Positions 47,171-64,000 of a stretch of 64,000 nt of DNA are shown here, piece by piece. Location: NCBI RefSeq assembly GCF_009931435.1, contig NZ_CP043414.1; one strand, written 5' to 3'. The notes under the pieces are model-generated. The model did not search any database. It was not told where the DNA came from and worked only from the letters and a program-made list of their open reading frames with translations. A program made the position numbers and the translations under genes. This DNA is from Escherichia coli. GTDB taxonomy: Bacteria > Pseudomonadota > Gammaproteobacteria > Enterobacterales > Enterobacteriaceae. Numbering within the stretch: position 1 is the first letter of the stretch; every line of letters begins with the position of its first letter.

Positions 47171-48126
47171 TGAAGCAACTTTGGTTTGCCATGTCATTAG
47201 TGACAGGTAGCCTGTTATTCTCTGCTAACGCCTCGGCCACTCCCGCGTCCGGGGCGTTATTACAGCAGATGAACCTGGCCAGTCAGTCACTGAATTACGA
47301 GCTGTCATTCATCAGCATCAATAAACAGGGTGTTGAGTCTCTGCGTTATCGACATGCACGCCTCGATAACCGTCCTCTTGCACAATTGTTGCAAATGGAT
47401 GGCCCGCGCCGGGAAGTGGTACAGCGCGGCAATGAAATCAGCTACTTTGAACCGGGCCTTGAACCGTTCACGCTTAATGGCGATTACATTGTTGATTCTC
47501 TGCCATCGCTCATCTATACCGATTTCAAACGCCTTTCTCCTTACTACGACTTTATCTCCGTGGGACGCACGCGTATTGCTGATCGTCTTTGCGAAGTCAT
47601 TCGCGTGGTGGCCCGTGATGGCACACGCTACAGCTACATCGTGTGGATGGACACCGAATCGAAATTACCGATGCGGGTTGATCTCCTTGATCGCGATGGT
47701 GAAACGCTGGAACAATTTCGCGTGATTGCTTTTAACGTTAATCAGGATATCAGCAGCAGTATGCAGACGCTGGCGAAAGCAAATCTGCCGCCGCTGCTTT
47801 CTGTTCCTGTAGGTGAAAAAGCTAAATTCAGCTGGACGCCAACCTGGTTGCCACAGGGGTTTAGTGAGGTTTCCAGCAGCCGACGTCCGTTACCGACGAT
47901 GGACAACATGCCTATCGAATCACGTCTCTATTCCGACGGATTATTCAGCTTCTCGGTAAACGTTAACCGCGCTACGCCATCGAGCACCGATCAGATGTTG
48001 CGTACCGGACGCAGAACCGTCAGTACAAGCGTACGTGATAACGCCGAAATCACCATTGTCGGCGAACTGCCGCCGCAAACGGCGAAACGCATTGCCGAGA
48101 ATATTAAGTTCGGGGCAGCGCAATGA
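47170..48126 (+). CDS. rseB: sigmaE regulatory protein RseB
   Basis: 318 aa with signal peptide; rpoE-rseA-rseB-rseC synteny. Confidence 0.95.
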   Translation: MKQLWFAMSLVTGSLLFSANASATPASGALLQQMNLASQSLNYELSFISINKQGVESLRYRHARLDNRPLAQLLQMDGPRREVVQRGNEISYFEPGLEPFTLNGDYIVDSLPSLIYTDFKRLSPYYDFISVGRTRIADRLCEVIRVVARDGTRYSYIVWMDTESKLPMRVDLLDRDGETLEQFRVIAFNVNQDISSSMQTLAKANLPPLLSVPVGEKAKFSWTPTWLPQGFSEVSSSRRPLPTMDNMPIESRLYSDGLFSFSVNVNRATPSSTDQMLRTGRRTVSTSVRDNAEITIVGELPPQTAKRIAENIKFGAAQ

Positions 48127-48602
48127 TCAAAGAGTGGGCTACGGTCGTCTCCTGGCAAAACGGGCAGGCGCTGGTCAGTTGTGATGTTAAAGCCTCATGC
48201 AGCAGCTGTGCTTCCCGTGTCGGTTGCGGTAGCCGCGTGCTGAATAAACTTGGCCCACAAACCACGCATACCATTGTCGTACCCTGTGATGAACCGTTAG
48301 TGCCGGGGCAAAAAGTGGAATTAGGAATCACCGAAGGCAGCCTGCTTAGCTCCGCATTACTGGTTTATATGTCGCCGTTGGTGGGATTATTCCTCATCGC
48401 TTCGTTATTTCAGCTACTCTTTGCTTCAGATCTTGCAGCATTATGCGGTGCGATTCTCGGCGGCGTTGGTGGATTCCTGATTGCACGCGGCTACTCGCGA
48501 AAGTTTGCTGCCCGGGCGGAATGGCAACCGATCATCTTAAGCGTGGCATTGCCGCCAGGCCTTGTGCGATTTGAAACATCTTCGGAAGACGCGAGCCAGT
48601 GA
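48123..48602 (+). CDS. rseC: sigmaE regulatory protein RseC
   Basis: 159 aa, Cys motif CSSCASRVGC, 2 TM segments. Confidence 0.95.
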   Translation: MIKEWATVVSWQNGQALVSCDVKASCSSCASRVGCGSRVLNKLGPQTTHTIVVPCDEPLVPGQKVELGITEGSLLSSALLVYMSPLVGLFLIASLFQLLFASDLAALCGAILGGVGGFLIARGYSRKFAARAEWQPIILSVALPPGLVRFETSSEDASQ

Positions 48603-48799
48603 TTTCACTGGCTTTGTTGCATTTTGCATAACAAATGCGAGGACGTTTCCAGATACCACAATCCATACGGTATGAACATTTCCTCGCCTCAATGTTGTAG
48701 TGTAGAATGCGGCGTTTCTATTAATACAGACGTTAAGCTCAGAACAGCGACTTCTAAAAGCCTGGTTAACCGGGCATTAAGGCACAATAATCATACTTT

Positions 48800-50599
<1,800 letters not shown>

Positions 50600-50614
50600 C
50601 CCTTAGGAGTTGGC

Positions 50615-51589
50615 ATGGCGAATATGTTTGCCCTCATTCTGGTGATTGCCACACTGGTGACGGGCATTTTATGGTGCGTGGATAAATTCTTTTTCGCACC
50701 TAAGCGACGGGAACGTCAGGCAGCGGCTCAAGCGGCTGCTGGTGACTCACTGGATAAAGCAACGCTGAAAAAAGTTGCGCCGAAGCCTGGCTGGCTGGAA
50801 ACCGGGGCTTCTGTTTTTCCGGTACTGGCTATTGTATTGATTGTGCGTTCGTTTATTTATGAACCGTTCCAGATCCCGTCAGGTTCGATGATGCCGACTC
50901 TGTTAATCGGTGACTTTATTCTGGTAGAAAAGTTTGCTTACGGCATTAAAGATCCTATCTACCAGAAAACGCTGATCGAAACCGGTCATCCGAAACGTGG
51001 CGATATCGTGGTCTTTAAATACCCGGAAGATCCAAAGCTTGATTACATCAAGCGTGCGGTGGGTTTACCGGGCGATAAAGTCACTTACGATCCGGTTTCA
51101 AAAGAGCTGACGATTCAGCCGGGATGCAGTTCCGGTCAGGCGTGTGAAAACGCGCTGCCGGTCACCTACTCAAACGTGGAACCGAGCGATTTCGTTCAGA
51201 CCTTCTCGCGCCGTAATGGTGGGGAAGCAACCAGCGGATTCTTTGAAGTGCCGAAAAACGAAACCAAAGAAAATGGAATTCGTCTTTCCGAGCGTAAAGA
51301 GACTCTGGGTGATGTGACGCACCGTATTCTGACAGTGCCGATTGCGCAGGATCAGGTGGGGATGTATTACCAGCAGCCAGGGCAACAACTGGCAACCTGG
51401 ATTGTTCCACCGGGCCAATACTTCATGATGGGTGACAACCGTGACAACAGCGCGGACAGCCGTTACTGGGGCTTTGTGCCGGAAGCGAATTTGGTAGGTC
51501 GGGCAACGGCTATCTGGATGAGTTTCGATAAGCAAGAAGGCGAATGGCCGACTGGTGTGCGCTTAAGTCGTATTGGCGGCATCCATTAA
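50615..51589 (+). CDS. lepB: signal peptidase I
   Basis: 324 aa, catalytic SGSMMPTL motif. Confidence 0.97.
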   Translation: MANMFALILVIATLVTGILWCVDKFFFAPKRRERQAAAQAAAGDSLDKATLKKVAPKPGWLETGASVFPVLAIVLIVRSFIYEPFQIPSGSMMPTLLIGDFILVEKFAYGIKDPIYQKTLIETGHPKRGDIVVFKYPEDPKLDYIKRAVGLPGDKVTYDPVSKELTIQPGCSSGQACENALPVTYSNVEPSDFVQTFSRRNGGEATSGFFEVPKNETKENGIRLSERKETLGDVTHRILTVPIAQDQVGMYYQQPGQQLATWIVPPGQYFMMGDNRDNSADSRYWGFVPEANLVGRATAIWMSFDKQEGEWPTGVRLSRIGGIH

Positions 51590-51603
51590 TAGCTTATCTT
51601 CGT

Positions 51604-51645
51604 TCACGTTGTCGCCGTTATGGCGACAACGTGAATTATTTATGA
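51604..51645 (+). terminator. hairpin after lepB
   Basis: tcacgttgtcgcc-gtta-tggcgacaacgtga perfect 13-bp stem followed by an A/T-rich tract. Confidence 0.5.
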
Positions 51646-51831
51646 GATAAATCCCCCGTGGCTAACGACATCCCCCGTCGTTGTGTATAGAATATTCCCC
51701 CGAAGTTTAAGGTTGGCACCTCCAGGTTGCCACGGCACACGAAACAGCGTTGGTCCCCATATACCGGTAAACTGAAACTGCAGCGAAGCAGTTAGCAGAG
51801 CCATGTATATCAGGTCTGTTTCGTGTGCTGA

Positions 51832-53444
<1,613 letters not shown>

Positions 53445-53575
53445 TTAGCATACTCTATGACTTTCGAGGTGCAGGAAGGCGGCAAGACCGTGAATCCCTG
53501 GGAGCTTACTAAAGTAAGTGACCAGGGTGAACGGGTGCAGCCAAGGCACCTGCAACTTGAAAGGCGACGAGTATG

Positions 53576-54304
53576 ATGGAAGGCTGGCAGCGCGCATTCG
53601 TATTGCATAGTCGCCCGTGGAGCGAAACCAGCCTGATGCTGGACGTCTTCACGGAGGAATCGGGTCGCGTGCGTCTGGTTGCCAAAGGCGCACGCTCTAA
53701 ACGCTCTACTCTGAAAGGTGCATTACAGCCCTTCACTCCTCTCTTGCTACGTTTTGGCGGGCGTGGCGAAGTCAAAACGCTGCGCAGTGCTGAAGCTGTC
53801 TCGCTGGCGCTGCCATTAAGCGGTATCACCCTTTACAGTGGTTTGTACATTAACGAACTTCTCTCCCGCGTGCTGGAATACGAGACGCGCTTCTCTGAAC
53901 TCTTTTTCGATTACTTGCACTGCATTCAGTCTCTTGCAGGTGCCACTGGTACGCCAGAACCCGCGCTGCGCCGCTTTGAACTGGCACTGCTCGGGCATCT
54001 GGGCTATGGCGTCAATTTTACCCATTGTGCGGGTAGCGGCGAGCCGGTAGATGACACCATGACGTATCGTTATCGCGAAGAAAAAGGGTTTATCGCAAGT
54101 GTCGTTATCGATAATAAAACGTTCACCGGAAGGCAGTTAAAAGCGTTAAACGCGCGGGAATTTCCTGACGCAGACACACTGCGCGCCGCGAAACGCTTTA
54201 CCCGCATGGCGCTAAAGCCGTATCTTGGCGGTAAACCATTAAAGAGCAGGGAACTGTTCCGGCAGTTTATGCCTAAGCGAACGGTGAAAACACATTATGA
54301 ATGA
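53576..54304 (+). CDS. recO: DNA repair protein RecO
   Basis: 242 aa from [19 protein letters not shown]. Confidence 0.95.
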
Positions 54305-54315
54305 TGAGGATTGTC

Positions 54316-55047
54316 ATGGCTGAATTACTGTTAGGCGTCAACATTGACCATATTGCAACGCTGCGTAACGCACGTGGTACTGCTTACCCGGATCCGGTGC
54401 AGGCGGCGTTTATTGCTGAGCAGGCGGGGGCGGATGGCATTACCGTGCATCTACGTGAAGATCGTCGCCACATTACCGACCGCGACGTGCGCATCCTGCG
54501 TCAGACGCTGGATACCCGCATGAATCTGGAGATGGCGGTGACCGAAGAGATGCTGGCGATCGCCGTTGAAATAAAGCCGCATTTTTGCTGCCTGGTACCT
54601 GAAAAGCGCCAGGAAGTCACAACCGAAGGTGGCCTGGACGTCGCAGGGCAGCGTGACAAAATGCGCGATGCCTGTAAACGTCTGGCGGATGCCGGGATTC
54701 AGGTTTCTCTGTTTATCGACGCCGATGAAGAGCAGATCAAAGCCGCGGCAGAGGTTGGCGCACCGTTTATTGAGATCCACACCGGTTGCTATGCCGATGC
54801 CAAAACTGACGCCGAACAGGCGCAAGAGCTGGCGCGCATTACGAAAGCCGCGACCTTTGCGGCAAGCCTCGGTCTGAAAGTTAACGCCGGACACGGTCTG
54901 ACCTATCACAACGTGAAAGCCATTGCCGCCATTCCTGAGATGCACGAACTGAATATCGGTCATGCCATTATTGGTCGTGCAGTGATGACCGGACTGAAAG
55001 ATGCGGTGGCAGAAATGAAGCGTTTGATGCTGGAAGCGCGTGGCTAA
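54316..55047 (+). CDS. pdxJ: pyridoxine 5'-phosphate synthase
   Basis: 243 aa from [21 protein letters not shown]. Confidence 0.95.
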   Translation: MAELLLGVNIDHIATLRNARGTAYPDPVQAAFIAEQAGADGITVHLREDRRHITDRDVRILRQTLDTRMNLEMAVTEEMLAIAVEIKPHFCCLVPEKRQEVTTEGGLDVAGQRDKMRDACKRLADAGIQVSLFIDADEEQIKAAAEVGAPFIEIHTGCYADAKTDAEQAQELARITKAATFAASLGLKVNAGHGLTYHNVKAIAAIPEMHELNIGHAIIGRAVMTGLKDAVAEMKRLMLEARG

Positions 55048-55427
55048 TGGCAATATTAGGTTTAGGCACGGATATCGTGGAGATCGCTCGCATAGAAGCG
55101 GTGATCGCCCGATCCGGTGAGCGCCTGGCACGTCGCGTATTAAGCGATAACGAATGGGAAATCTGGAAAACGCACCACCAGCCGGTGCGTTTTCTGGCGA
55201 AACGCTTTGCCGTAAAAGAAGCCGCAGCAAAAGCGTTTGGCACCGGGATCCGCAATGGTCTGGCGTTTAATCAGTTTGAAGTATTTAACGATGAGCTTGG
55301 TAAGCCACGGCTGCGACTGTGGGGCGAGGCATTAAAACTGGCGGAAAAGCTCGGCGTTGTAAATATGCATGTAACGCTGGCAGATGAGCGCCACTATGCT
55401 TGTGCCACGGTAATTATCGAAAGTTAA
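55047..55427 (+). CDS. acpS: holo-ACP synthase
   Basis: 126 aa [19 protein letters not shown]... Confidence 0.95.
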   Translation: MAILGLGTDIVEIARIEAVIARSGERLARRVLSDNEWEIWKTHHQPVRFLAKRFAVKEAAAKAFGTGIRNGLAFNQFEVFNDELGKPRLRLWGEALKLAEKLGVVNMHVTLADERHYACATVIIES

Positions 55428-55454
55428 AATAATATCGTTCTCTTTAAAAAGTAA

Positions 55455-55492
55455 AACCCCCGAACTGGTAAGGAACGGGGGTTTTACTTTAC
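55455..55492 (+). terminator. acpS terminator
   Basis: aaaacccccg...cgggggtttt hairpin followed by a T-rich tract. Confidence 0.7.
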
Positions 55493-55846
55493 AACTTTAA
55501 TTTTGTGCAGCACACGATTCCAACAAAAATGATTATGGATCAATTTAGTTATCCTGTACAAGCAACTTGCAATCTTTAGCATAAAAACTCGAGCCTTTAC
55601 GAAGAAATCGATATTGATGAAAAGATTAACGTGACCGCTTTTTGATAAGTACATTAGAATCGGCGTCGTTATTGGATATTTTGCTGTGTTCTACGCCATG
55701 CCACTGAATTCCCCCATTGAAACGAGTGGTGTCGTCAAAGCTCTGGTGTGGAGTGCGGCACTCGATTCCAATAACTCGCACGTTCAGTTTTGGGGAGATG
55801 TAAGGGCTAATCTGAACGGCTGCATTCCTTGTTTAAGGAAAAACGA

Positions 55847-55927
55847 ATGACTGATTGCCGATACCTGATTAAACGGGTCATTAAAGTCGTCATTGCTGTT
55901 TTACAGCTGATCCTTCTGTTCTTGTAA
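55847..55927 (+). CDS. shoB: type I toxin ShoB (26-aa membrane peptide)
   Basis: ATG at 55847; MTDCRYLIKRVIKVVIAVLQLILLFL then TAA; matches K-12 ShoB as recalled (II versus VV); lies between acpS and yfhL as in K-12. Confidence 0.7.
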   Translation: MTDCRYLIKRVIKVVIAVLQLILLFL

Positions 55928-56120
55928 CACCAGGAAACGTACTTAAGGCGCGTCAGGTTAACCAGCCAGGCGCGCCTTTAATAATTAGACGTAAGTGTCG
56001 GCGTATATATTATCGGAATTCATTTAATGAATATATTCATTAATGACATCATGGAAATGAATATGTAACTTTCGCTTTTATACGAGCAAATAAGCAATAT
56101 CCTGCTCATAGAGCAAAATA

Positions 56121-56417
<297 letters not shown>

Positions 56418-56436
56418 TTATACGCGCATTCTTTAC

Positions 56437-57285
56437 TCAAACCAGTTTTTTCACCAGCGCTTCACTATGACGAATACGTTCTGGTGCCAGTTCCAGATCC
56501 TGCTGAATCAGCGCAATGAACAGTAAATCCGTTAACATTCCCTGAGCGTGACAAGCAGAGATTGCAGCACTGTTTGTCGCTTGTTCTTCGGCAATGGTAT
56601 ACAGGCAGTGAGAAGCGCGTTGTTGCAGGGCATTGGGAGTAAAGCCGGTAATTGCCATCACTTTTCCGCCCACTCGCAGCATCTCATCTGCCGCCAGGTT
56701 TAACTCGCGTCGTACACCAGTGTAGGAAATGGCTAATAACAGATCGTCAGGGGACGACGCCTGGACTGTGGCGAGTAGCGCATGCATATCGCGCACTGCG
56801 GCGGCATTGAAGCCAATCTTCATCAGCTTCCAGGCAAAGTTTTGCGCCACCAGACCCGAAGCGCCAATACCGGTCAGAATTATCCGCCGCGCAGAGCGCA
56901 ACATTGCCACGCCTTCATGCAGTTTCTCTTCACTATTAACGTTTAGCGTTGCGTACATGGCGGCAGTATTTTCTTTAATCAGTTTTTCGCCGACCAGCCG
57001 TAACGGATCATCACCACGGATTTGGTTATGAATGGGCACAGAAGGGGATTCCGGCTGGCTTGCCAGCGCTTCACTCAACGCCAACTTCAATGCCGGAAAA
57101 CCTTTATAGCCGAGTTTTTGCGCGAACTTCACGACGCTGGACTGACTGACTCCGGCTTCGTTGGCCAGTTGCTGAGAGCTTAAATGGCGCGCCGTATCAG
57201 GTTGTAGTAGCAAATAGTCCGCCAGTTTTTTATCACTCTGGGCAAGCCCCTGGTAACGCTGACGGATACGAAGTAAGCCGTTCAT
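56437..57285 (-). CDS. yfhH: RpiR/MurR-family transcriptional regulator YfhH
   Basis: 282 aa from MNGLLRIRQRYQGLAQSDKKLADYLL; HTH plus SIS domain. Confidence 0.85.
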   Translation of the reverse strand: MNGLLRIRQRYQGLAQSDKKLADYLLLQPDTARHLSSQQLANEAGVSQSSVVKFAQKLGYKGFPALKLALSEALASQPESPSVPIHNQIRGDDPLRLVGEKLIKENTAAMYATLNVNSEEKLHEGVAMLRSARRIILTGIGASGLVAQNFAWKLMKIGFNAAAVRDMHALLATVQASSPDDLLLAISYTGVRRELNLAADEMLRVGGKVMAITGFTPNALQQRASHCLYTIAEEQATNSAAISACHAQGMLTDLLFIALIQQDLELAPERIRHSEALVKKLV

Positions 57286-57493
57286 ATCTTTCCTCGCGAT
57301 GAAATTATGGCGACAACAGGCAATATGAAACACACGCGAGTGAATTTTATATTCCATTGCTGCTAATTGCCATGAATTAAAAATTCCAGATAGCCATGAT
57401 GCAGTCGATTGTTGCCGGAAAAGTGATGATCTATCTGTTAGGCTATGTAGTAGCGAAGATTAATCAGGATGTTTCAGTCCAGAGGAGTATGGT

Positions 57494-58129
57494 TTGGCAA
57501 CTCACGAGCGTCGTGTGGTGTTTTTTGACTTAGATGGAACATTGCATCAGCAGGATATGTTCGGCAGTTTTATGCGTTATTTACTGCGTCGCCAACCGCT
57601 GAATGCATTACTTGTCCTGCCGTTGTTGCCGGTCATTGCCATCGCGTTATTGATAAAAGGTCGTGCAGCACGCTGGCCGATGAGTCTGCTTCTTTGGGGA
57701 TGCACTTTTGGTCACAGTGAAGCGCGTTTACAGGCGTTGCAGGCCGATTTTGTGCACTGGTTTCGCGACAATGTTACAGCTTTTCCGCTTGTCCAGGAGC
57801 GTTTGACTACCTACCTGTTAAGTTCCGATGCGGATATTTGGTTGATCACAGGCTCTCCGCAGCCGCTGGTTGAAGCGGTTTATTATGATACGCCCTGGTT
57901 GCCGCGGGTTAATCTTATTGCCAGTAAGATCCAGCGGGGTTATGGCGGTTGGATATTGACGATGCGTTGTCTGGGACATGAAAAGGTCGCACAACTGGAG
58001 CGCAAAATTGGCACGCCGCTGCGGCTGTACAGTGGCTATAGCGACAGTAATCAGGACAACCCGCTGCTTTATTTCTGCCAGCATCGCTGGCGGGTAACCC
58101 CGCGTGGTGAACTCCAGCAACTGGAATAG
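57494..58129 (+). CDS. pgpC: phosphatidylglycerophosphatase C (HAD family, YfhB)
   Basis: 211 aa, HAD motif FFDLDGTL. Confidence 0.9.
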   Translation: MATHERRVVFFDLDGTLHQQDMFGSFMRYLLRRQPLNALLVLPLLPVIAIALLIKGRAARWPMSLLLWGCTFGHSEARLQALQADFVHWFRDNVTAFPLVQERLTTYLLSSDADIWLITGSPQPLVEAVYYDTPWLPRVNLIASKIQRGYGGWILTMRCLGHEKVAQLERKIGTPLRLYSGYSDSNQDNPLLYFCQHRWRVTPRGELQQLE

Positions 58130-58141
58130 AGTAAAGCATAG

Positions 58142-60243
<2,102 letters not shown>

Positions 60244-60407
60244 TTAGTTAATTCTCTGTGTCGTGCGCATCCTAGCTTGAAAAAACGTAATAATAGTGAA
60301 AGGTTTACTCATAAATGAGCGGCATTTTGCGTAAACCAGCGCCAGTTGGCAACTTATTACAGCCATTGGCGGCACGCGTTGCTAATTCACGATGGTGATT
60401 TTATTTC

Positions 60408-60423
60408 CACGCAAACGGTTTCG
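60408..60423 (+). promoter_or_regulatory. PurR operator (PUR box) upstream of purL
   Basis: ACGCAAACGGTTTCGT versus consensus ACGCAAACGTTTGCGT; about 80 bp before the purL ATG. Confidence 0.7.
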
Positions 60424-60500
60424 TCAGCGCATCAGATTCTTTATAATGACGCCCGTTTCCCCCCCTTGGGTACACCGAAAGCTTAGAAGACGAGAGACTT

Positions 60501-63500
60501 ATGATGGAAATTCTGCGTGGTTCGCCTGCATTGTCGGCATTCCGAATCAACAAACTGCTGGCACGTTTTCAGGCTGCCAGGCTCCCGGTTCACAATATTT
60601 ACGCCGAGTATGTCCATTTTGCTGACCTCAATGCGCCGTTAAACGATGATGAGCACGCACAACTTGAACGCCTGCTGAAATATGGCCCGGCACTCGCCAG
60701 CCACGCCCCGCAAGGCAAACTCCTGCTGGTGACTCCGCGTCCTGGTACCATCTCTCCCTGGTCTTCGAAAGCGACCGATATCGCCCATAACTGCGGGCTG
60801 CAACAGGTAAACCGCCTTGAGCGCGGCGTTGCTTACTATATAGAAGCCGGTACGCTGACCCATCAACAATGGCAGCAGGTGACCGCTGAACTGCACGACC
60901 GCATGATGGAAACAGTCTTTTCTGCTTTAGATGATGCAGAGCAGCTGTTTGCACACCATCAACCGACTCCGGTCACCAGCGTTGATTTGCTGGGGCAGGG
61001 CCGTCAGGCGCTAATCGACGCTAACCTGCGTCTTGGCCTGGCACTGGCGGAAGATGAAATTGACTATCTGCAGGATGCGTTCACAAAGCTGGGTCGTAAC
61101 CCGAACGACATCGAGCTGTATATGTTCGCCCAGGCGAATTCTGAGCACTGCCGCCACAAAATTTTTAACGCCGACTGGATTATCGACGGAGAACAACAGC
61201 CGAAATCGCTGTTCAAGATGATCAAAAACACCTTCGAAACCACGCCGGATCACGTTCTTTCTGCTTATAAAGATAACGCCGCCGTAATGGAAGGTTCTGA
61301 AGTGGGCCGCTACTTTGCTGACCACGAAACGGGCCGCTACGATTTCCATCAGGAACCGGCGCACATTCTGATGAAAGTCGAAACCCACAACCACCCAACG
61401 GCGATTTCTCCGTGGCCGGGCGCAGCTACCGGTTCCGGCGGTGAAATCCGCGATGAAGGTGCCACCGGCCGCGGCGCGAAGCCGAAAGCTGGCCTGGTCG
61501 GTTTCTCCGTATCCAACCTGCGTATTCCTGGCTTTGAACAACCGTGGGAAGAAGATTTCGGTAAGCCTGAGCGCATTGTCACCGCGCTGGACATCATGAC
61601 AGAAGGTCCGCTGGGCGGCGCGGCATTTAACAACGAATTTGGTCGTCCGGCACTGAACGGCTACTTCCGTACCTATGAAGAAAAAGTGAACAGCCACAAC
61701 GGCGAAGAGCTGCGCGGGTATCACAAACCGATCATGCTGGCGGGTGGGATCGGCAACATTCGCGCCGATCACGTACAAAAAGGTGAGATCAACGTCGGTG
61801 CGAAACTGGTCGTTCTCGGCGGCCCGGCAATGAACATCGGTCTTGGCGGCGGCGCGGCGTCTTCCATGGCGTCTGGTCAGTCTGATGCCGACCTCGACTT
61901 TGCTTCCGTACAGCGCGATAACCCGGAGATGGAGCGTCGCTGTCAGGAAGTGATCGACCGTTGCTGGCAGCTTGGTGATGCTAACCCAATTCTGTTTATC
62001 CACGACGTCGGCGCAGGCGGTCTTTCTAATGCCATGCCGGAGCTGGTGAGCGACGGCGGACGCGGCGGTAAATTCGAACTGCGCGATATTCTGAGCGACG
62101 AACCGGGCATGAGCCCGCTGGAAATCTGGTGTAACGAATCCCAGGAACGCTACGTGCTGGCGGTTGCTGCCGATCAGTTACCGCTGTTTGACGAACTGTG
62201 TAAGCGTGAACGCGCGCCCTACGCGGTGATTGGTGAAGCGACCGAAGAACTGCATCTTTCTCTGCACGATCGTCATTTTGATAATCAGCCGATCGATCTG
62301 CCGCTGGACGTCCTGCTTGGTAAAACGCCGAAGATGACCCGCGATGTGCAAACGCTGAAAGCGAAAGGCGACGCGCTGGCCCGTGAAGGGATCACCATTG
62401 CAGACGCGGTGAAACGTGTGCTGCATCTGCCGACTGTGGCGGAAAAAACCTTCCTGGTGACCATTGGCGACCGCAGCGTAACCGGTATGGTGGCGCGCGA
62501 TCAGATGGTGGGGCCGTGGCAGGTGCCGGTCGCTAACTGCGCGGTCACTACCGCCAGCCTCGACAGCTACTACGGCGAAGCGATGGCAATTGGCGAACGT
62601 GCGCCGGTTGCACTGCTGGATTTCGCCGCCTCTGCCCGTCTGGCGGTCGGTGAAGCGTTAACCAATATTGCCGCAACGCAGATTGGCGATATCAAACGCA
62701 TTAAACTTTCCGCCAACTGGATGGCGGCGGCAGGCCACCCTGGTGAAGATGCAGGCCTGTATGAAGCCGTTAAAGCGGTGGGCGAAGAGCTTTGTCCGGC
62801 GCTGGGCCTGACGATTCCGGTGGGTAAAGACTCCATGTCGATGAAAACCCGCTGGCAGGAAGGTAGCGAAGAGCGCGAAATGACCTCGCCGCTTTCGCTG
62901 GTGATTTCTGCATTTGCCCGCGTGGAAGATGTACGTCACACCATCACGCCGCAGCTTTCTACCGAAGATAACGCACTGCTGCTGATTGATTTAGGCAAAG
63001 GCAATAACGCGCTGGGCGCAACGGCGCTGGCGCAGGTTTATCGTCAGCTTGGCGACAAGCCTGCTGATGTGCGCGACTTCGCGCAACTGAAAGGTTTCTA
63101 TGACGCGATTCAGGCACTGGTTGCACAGCGTAAGCTGCTCGCGTACCACGACCGCTCTGACGGTGGCCTGCTGGTGACGCTGGCGGAAATGGCGTTTGCC
63201 GGTCATTGCGGTATTGAAGCGGATATCGCCACTCTGGGTGACGATCGCCTGGCGGCGTTGTTTAACGAAGAACTGGGTGCGGTGATTCAGGTTCGAGCCG
63301 CTGACCGTGAAGCAGTTGAAGCGGTACTGGCACAGCATGGGCTTGCTGATTGCGTCCATTATGTTGGGCAGGCGGTTTCCGGTGACCGTTTTGTAATTAC
63401 CGCCAACGGGCAGACTGTATTCAGCGAAAGCCGCACCACGTTGCGTGTCTGGTGGGCAGAAACTACCTGGCAGATGCAGCGCCTGCGTGACAATCCGGAG

Positions 63501-64000
63501 TGTGCCGATCAGGAACATCAGGCGAAATCTAACGACGCCGATCCGGGCCTGAATGTGAAACTGTCGTTTGATATCAACGAAGATGTGGCAGCACCGTATA
63601 TTGCCACCGGTGCGCGTCCGAAAGTTGCCGTGCTGCGTGAGCAGGGGGTGAACTCGCATGTTGAAATGGCGGCAGCTTTCCACCGTGCAGGCTTCGATGC
63701 AATCGATGTGCATATGAGCGACCTGCTGGCTGGACGCACGGGCCTGGAGGATTTCCACGCTCTGGTAGCGTGCGGCGGATTCTCCTACGGTGACGTGCTG
63801 GGGGCTGGTGAAGGTTGGGCGAAGTCTATCCTGTTCAATGACCGTGTACACGATGAGTTTGCAACCTTCTTCCACCGTCCGCAAACGCTGGCGCTGGGGG
63901 TATGTAACGGTTGCCAGATGATGTCTAACCTACGCGAACTGATCCCAGGTAGCGAGTTGTGGCCACGTTTCGTGCGTAACACCTCCGATCGCTTTGAAGC
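60501..64000 (+). CDS. purL: phosphoribosylformylglycinamidine synthase (3' end outside window)
   Basis: ATG at 60501, [26 protein letters not shown]...; frame open to the window edge, so not in the ORF track. Confidence 0.95.
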   Translation, partial: MMEILRGSPALSAFRINKLLARFQAARLPVHNIYAEYVHFADLNAPLNDDEHAQLERLLKYGPALASHAPQGKLLLVTPRPGTISPWSSKATDIAHNCGLQQVNRLERGVAYYIEAGTLTHQQWQQVTAELHDRMMETVFSALDDAEQLFAHHQPTPVTSVDLLGQGRQALIDANLRLGLALAEDEIDYLQDAFTKLGRNPNDIELYMFAQANSEHCRHKIFNADWIIDGEQQPKSLFKMIKNTFETTPDHVLSAYKDNAAVMEGSEVGRYFADHETGRYDFHQEPAHILMKVETHNHPTAISPWPGAATGSGGEIRDEGATGRGAKPKAGLVGFSVSNLRIPGFEQPWEEDFGKPERIVTALDIMTEGPLGGAAFNNEFGRPALNGYFRTYEEKVNSHNGEELRGYHKPIMLAGGIGNIRADHVQKGEINVGAKLVVLGGPAMNIGLGGGAASSMASGQSDADLDFASVQRDNPEMERRCQEVIDRCWQLGDANPILFIHDVGAGGLSNAMPELVSDGGRGGKFELRDILSDEPGMSPLEIWCNESQERYVLAVAADQLPLFDELCKRERAPYAVIGEATEELHLSLHDRHFDNQPIDLPLDVLLGKTPKMTRDVQTLKAKGDALAREGITIADAVKRVLHLPTVAEKTFLVTIGDRSVTGMVARDQMVGPWQVPVANCAVTTASLDSYYGEAMAIGERAPVALLDFAASARLAVGEALTNIAATQIGDIKRIKLSANWMAAAGHPGEDAGLYEAVKAVGEELCPALGLTIPVGKDSMSMKTRWQEGSEEREMTSPLSLVISAFARVEDVRHTITPQLSTEDNALLLIDLGKGNNALGATALAQVYRQLGDKPADVRDFAQLKGFYDAIQALVAQRKLLAYHDRSDGGLLVTLAEMAFAGHCGIEADIATLGDDRLAALFNEELGAVIQVRAADREAVEAVLAQHGLADCVHYVGQAVSGDRFVITANGQTVFSESRTTLRVWWAETTWQMQRLRDNPECADQEHQAKSNDADPGLNVKLSFDINEDVAAPYIATGARPKVAVLREQGVNSHVEMAAAFHRAGFDAIDVHMSDLLAGRTGLEDFHALVACGGFSYGDVLGAGEGWAKSILFNDRVHDEFATFFHRPQTLALGVCNGCQMMSNLRELIPGSELWPRFVRNTSDRFE

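Noticed and set aside
61011-63884. Minus-strand ORFs of 330 and 297 aa
   Set aside because: Antisense within purL, whose frame is open from 60501 to the window end

Overview
The window is an Escherichia coli chromosomal segment in three parts. (1) 1-13.3 kb: a + strand, translationally coupled lysis and tail/baseplate operon of a P2/Mu-like prophage (holin, M15 endolysin, frameshifting tail chaperone, tape measure, baseplate W/J/I, two paralogous tail fibres each with its own assembly chaperone, gpU-like and gpD-like hub proteins). No sheath or tube gene is present, so it looks rearranged or defective. (2) 13.3-17.5 kb: accessory cargo. It holds a GATC-rich non-coding region, a secreted-protein + YafO-like toxin gene pair, a strongly AT-rich single-gene ABC-ATPase + Toprim-like fusion (the best candidate for a novel or poorly characterised anti-phage system, preceded by an 8-bp tandem repeat and a perfect 20-bp-arm palindrome), and the C-terminal remnant of a DNA methyltransferase. 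(3) 17.5-64 kb: core genome collinear with, and inverted relative to, E. coli K-12 raiA through purL. It includes an internally deleted IS4 inserted into the bamD-raiA terminator hairpin, a complete rrnG-type rRNA operon (16S, tRNA-Glu, 23S, 5S), the rpoE-rseABC and lepAB-rnc-era-recO-pdxJ-acpS operons, and the shoB type I toxin. All calls rest on reading the translations and sequence motifs by eye; no database search or computation was run.
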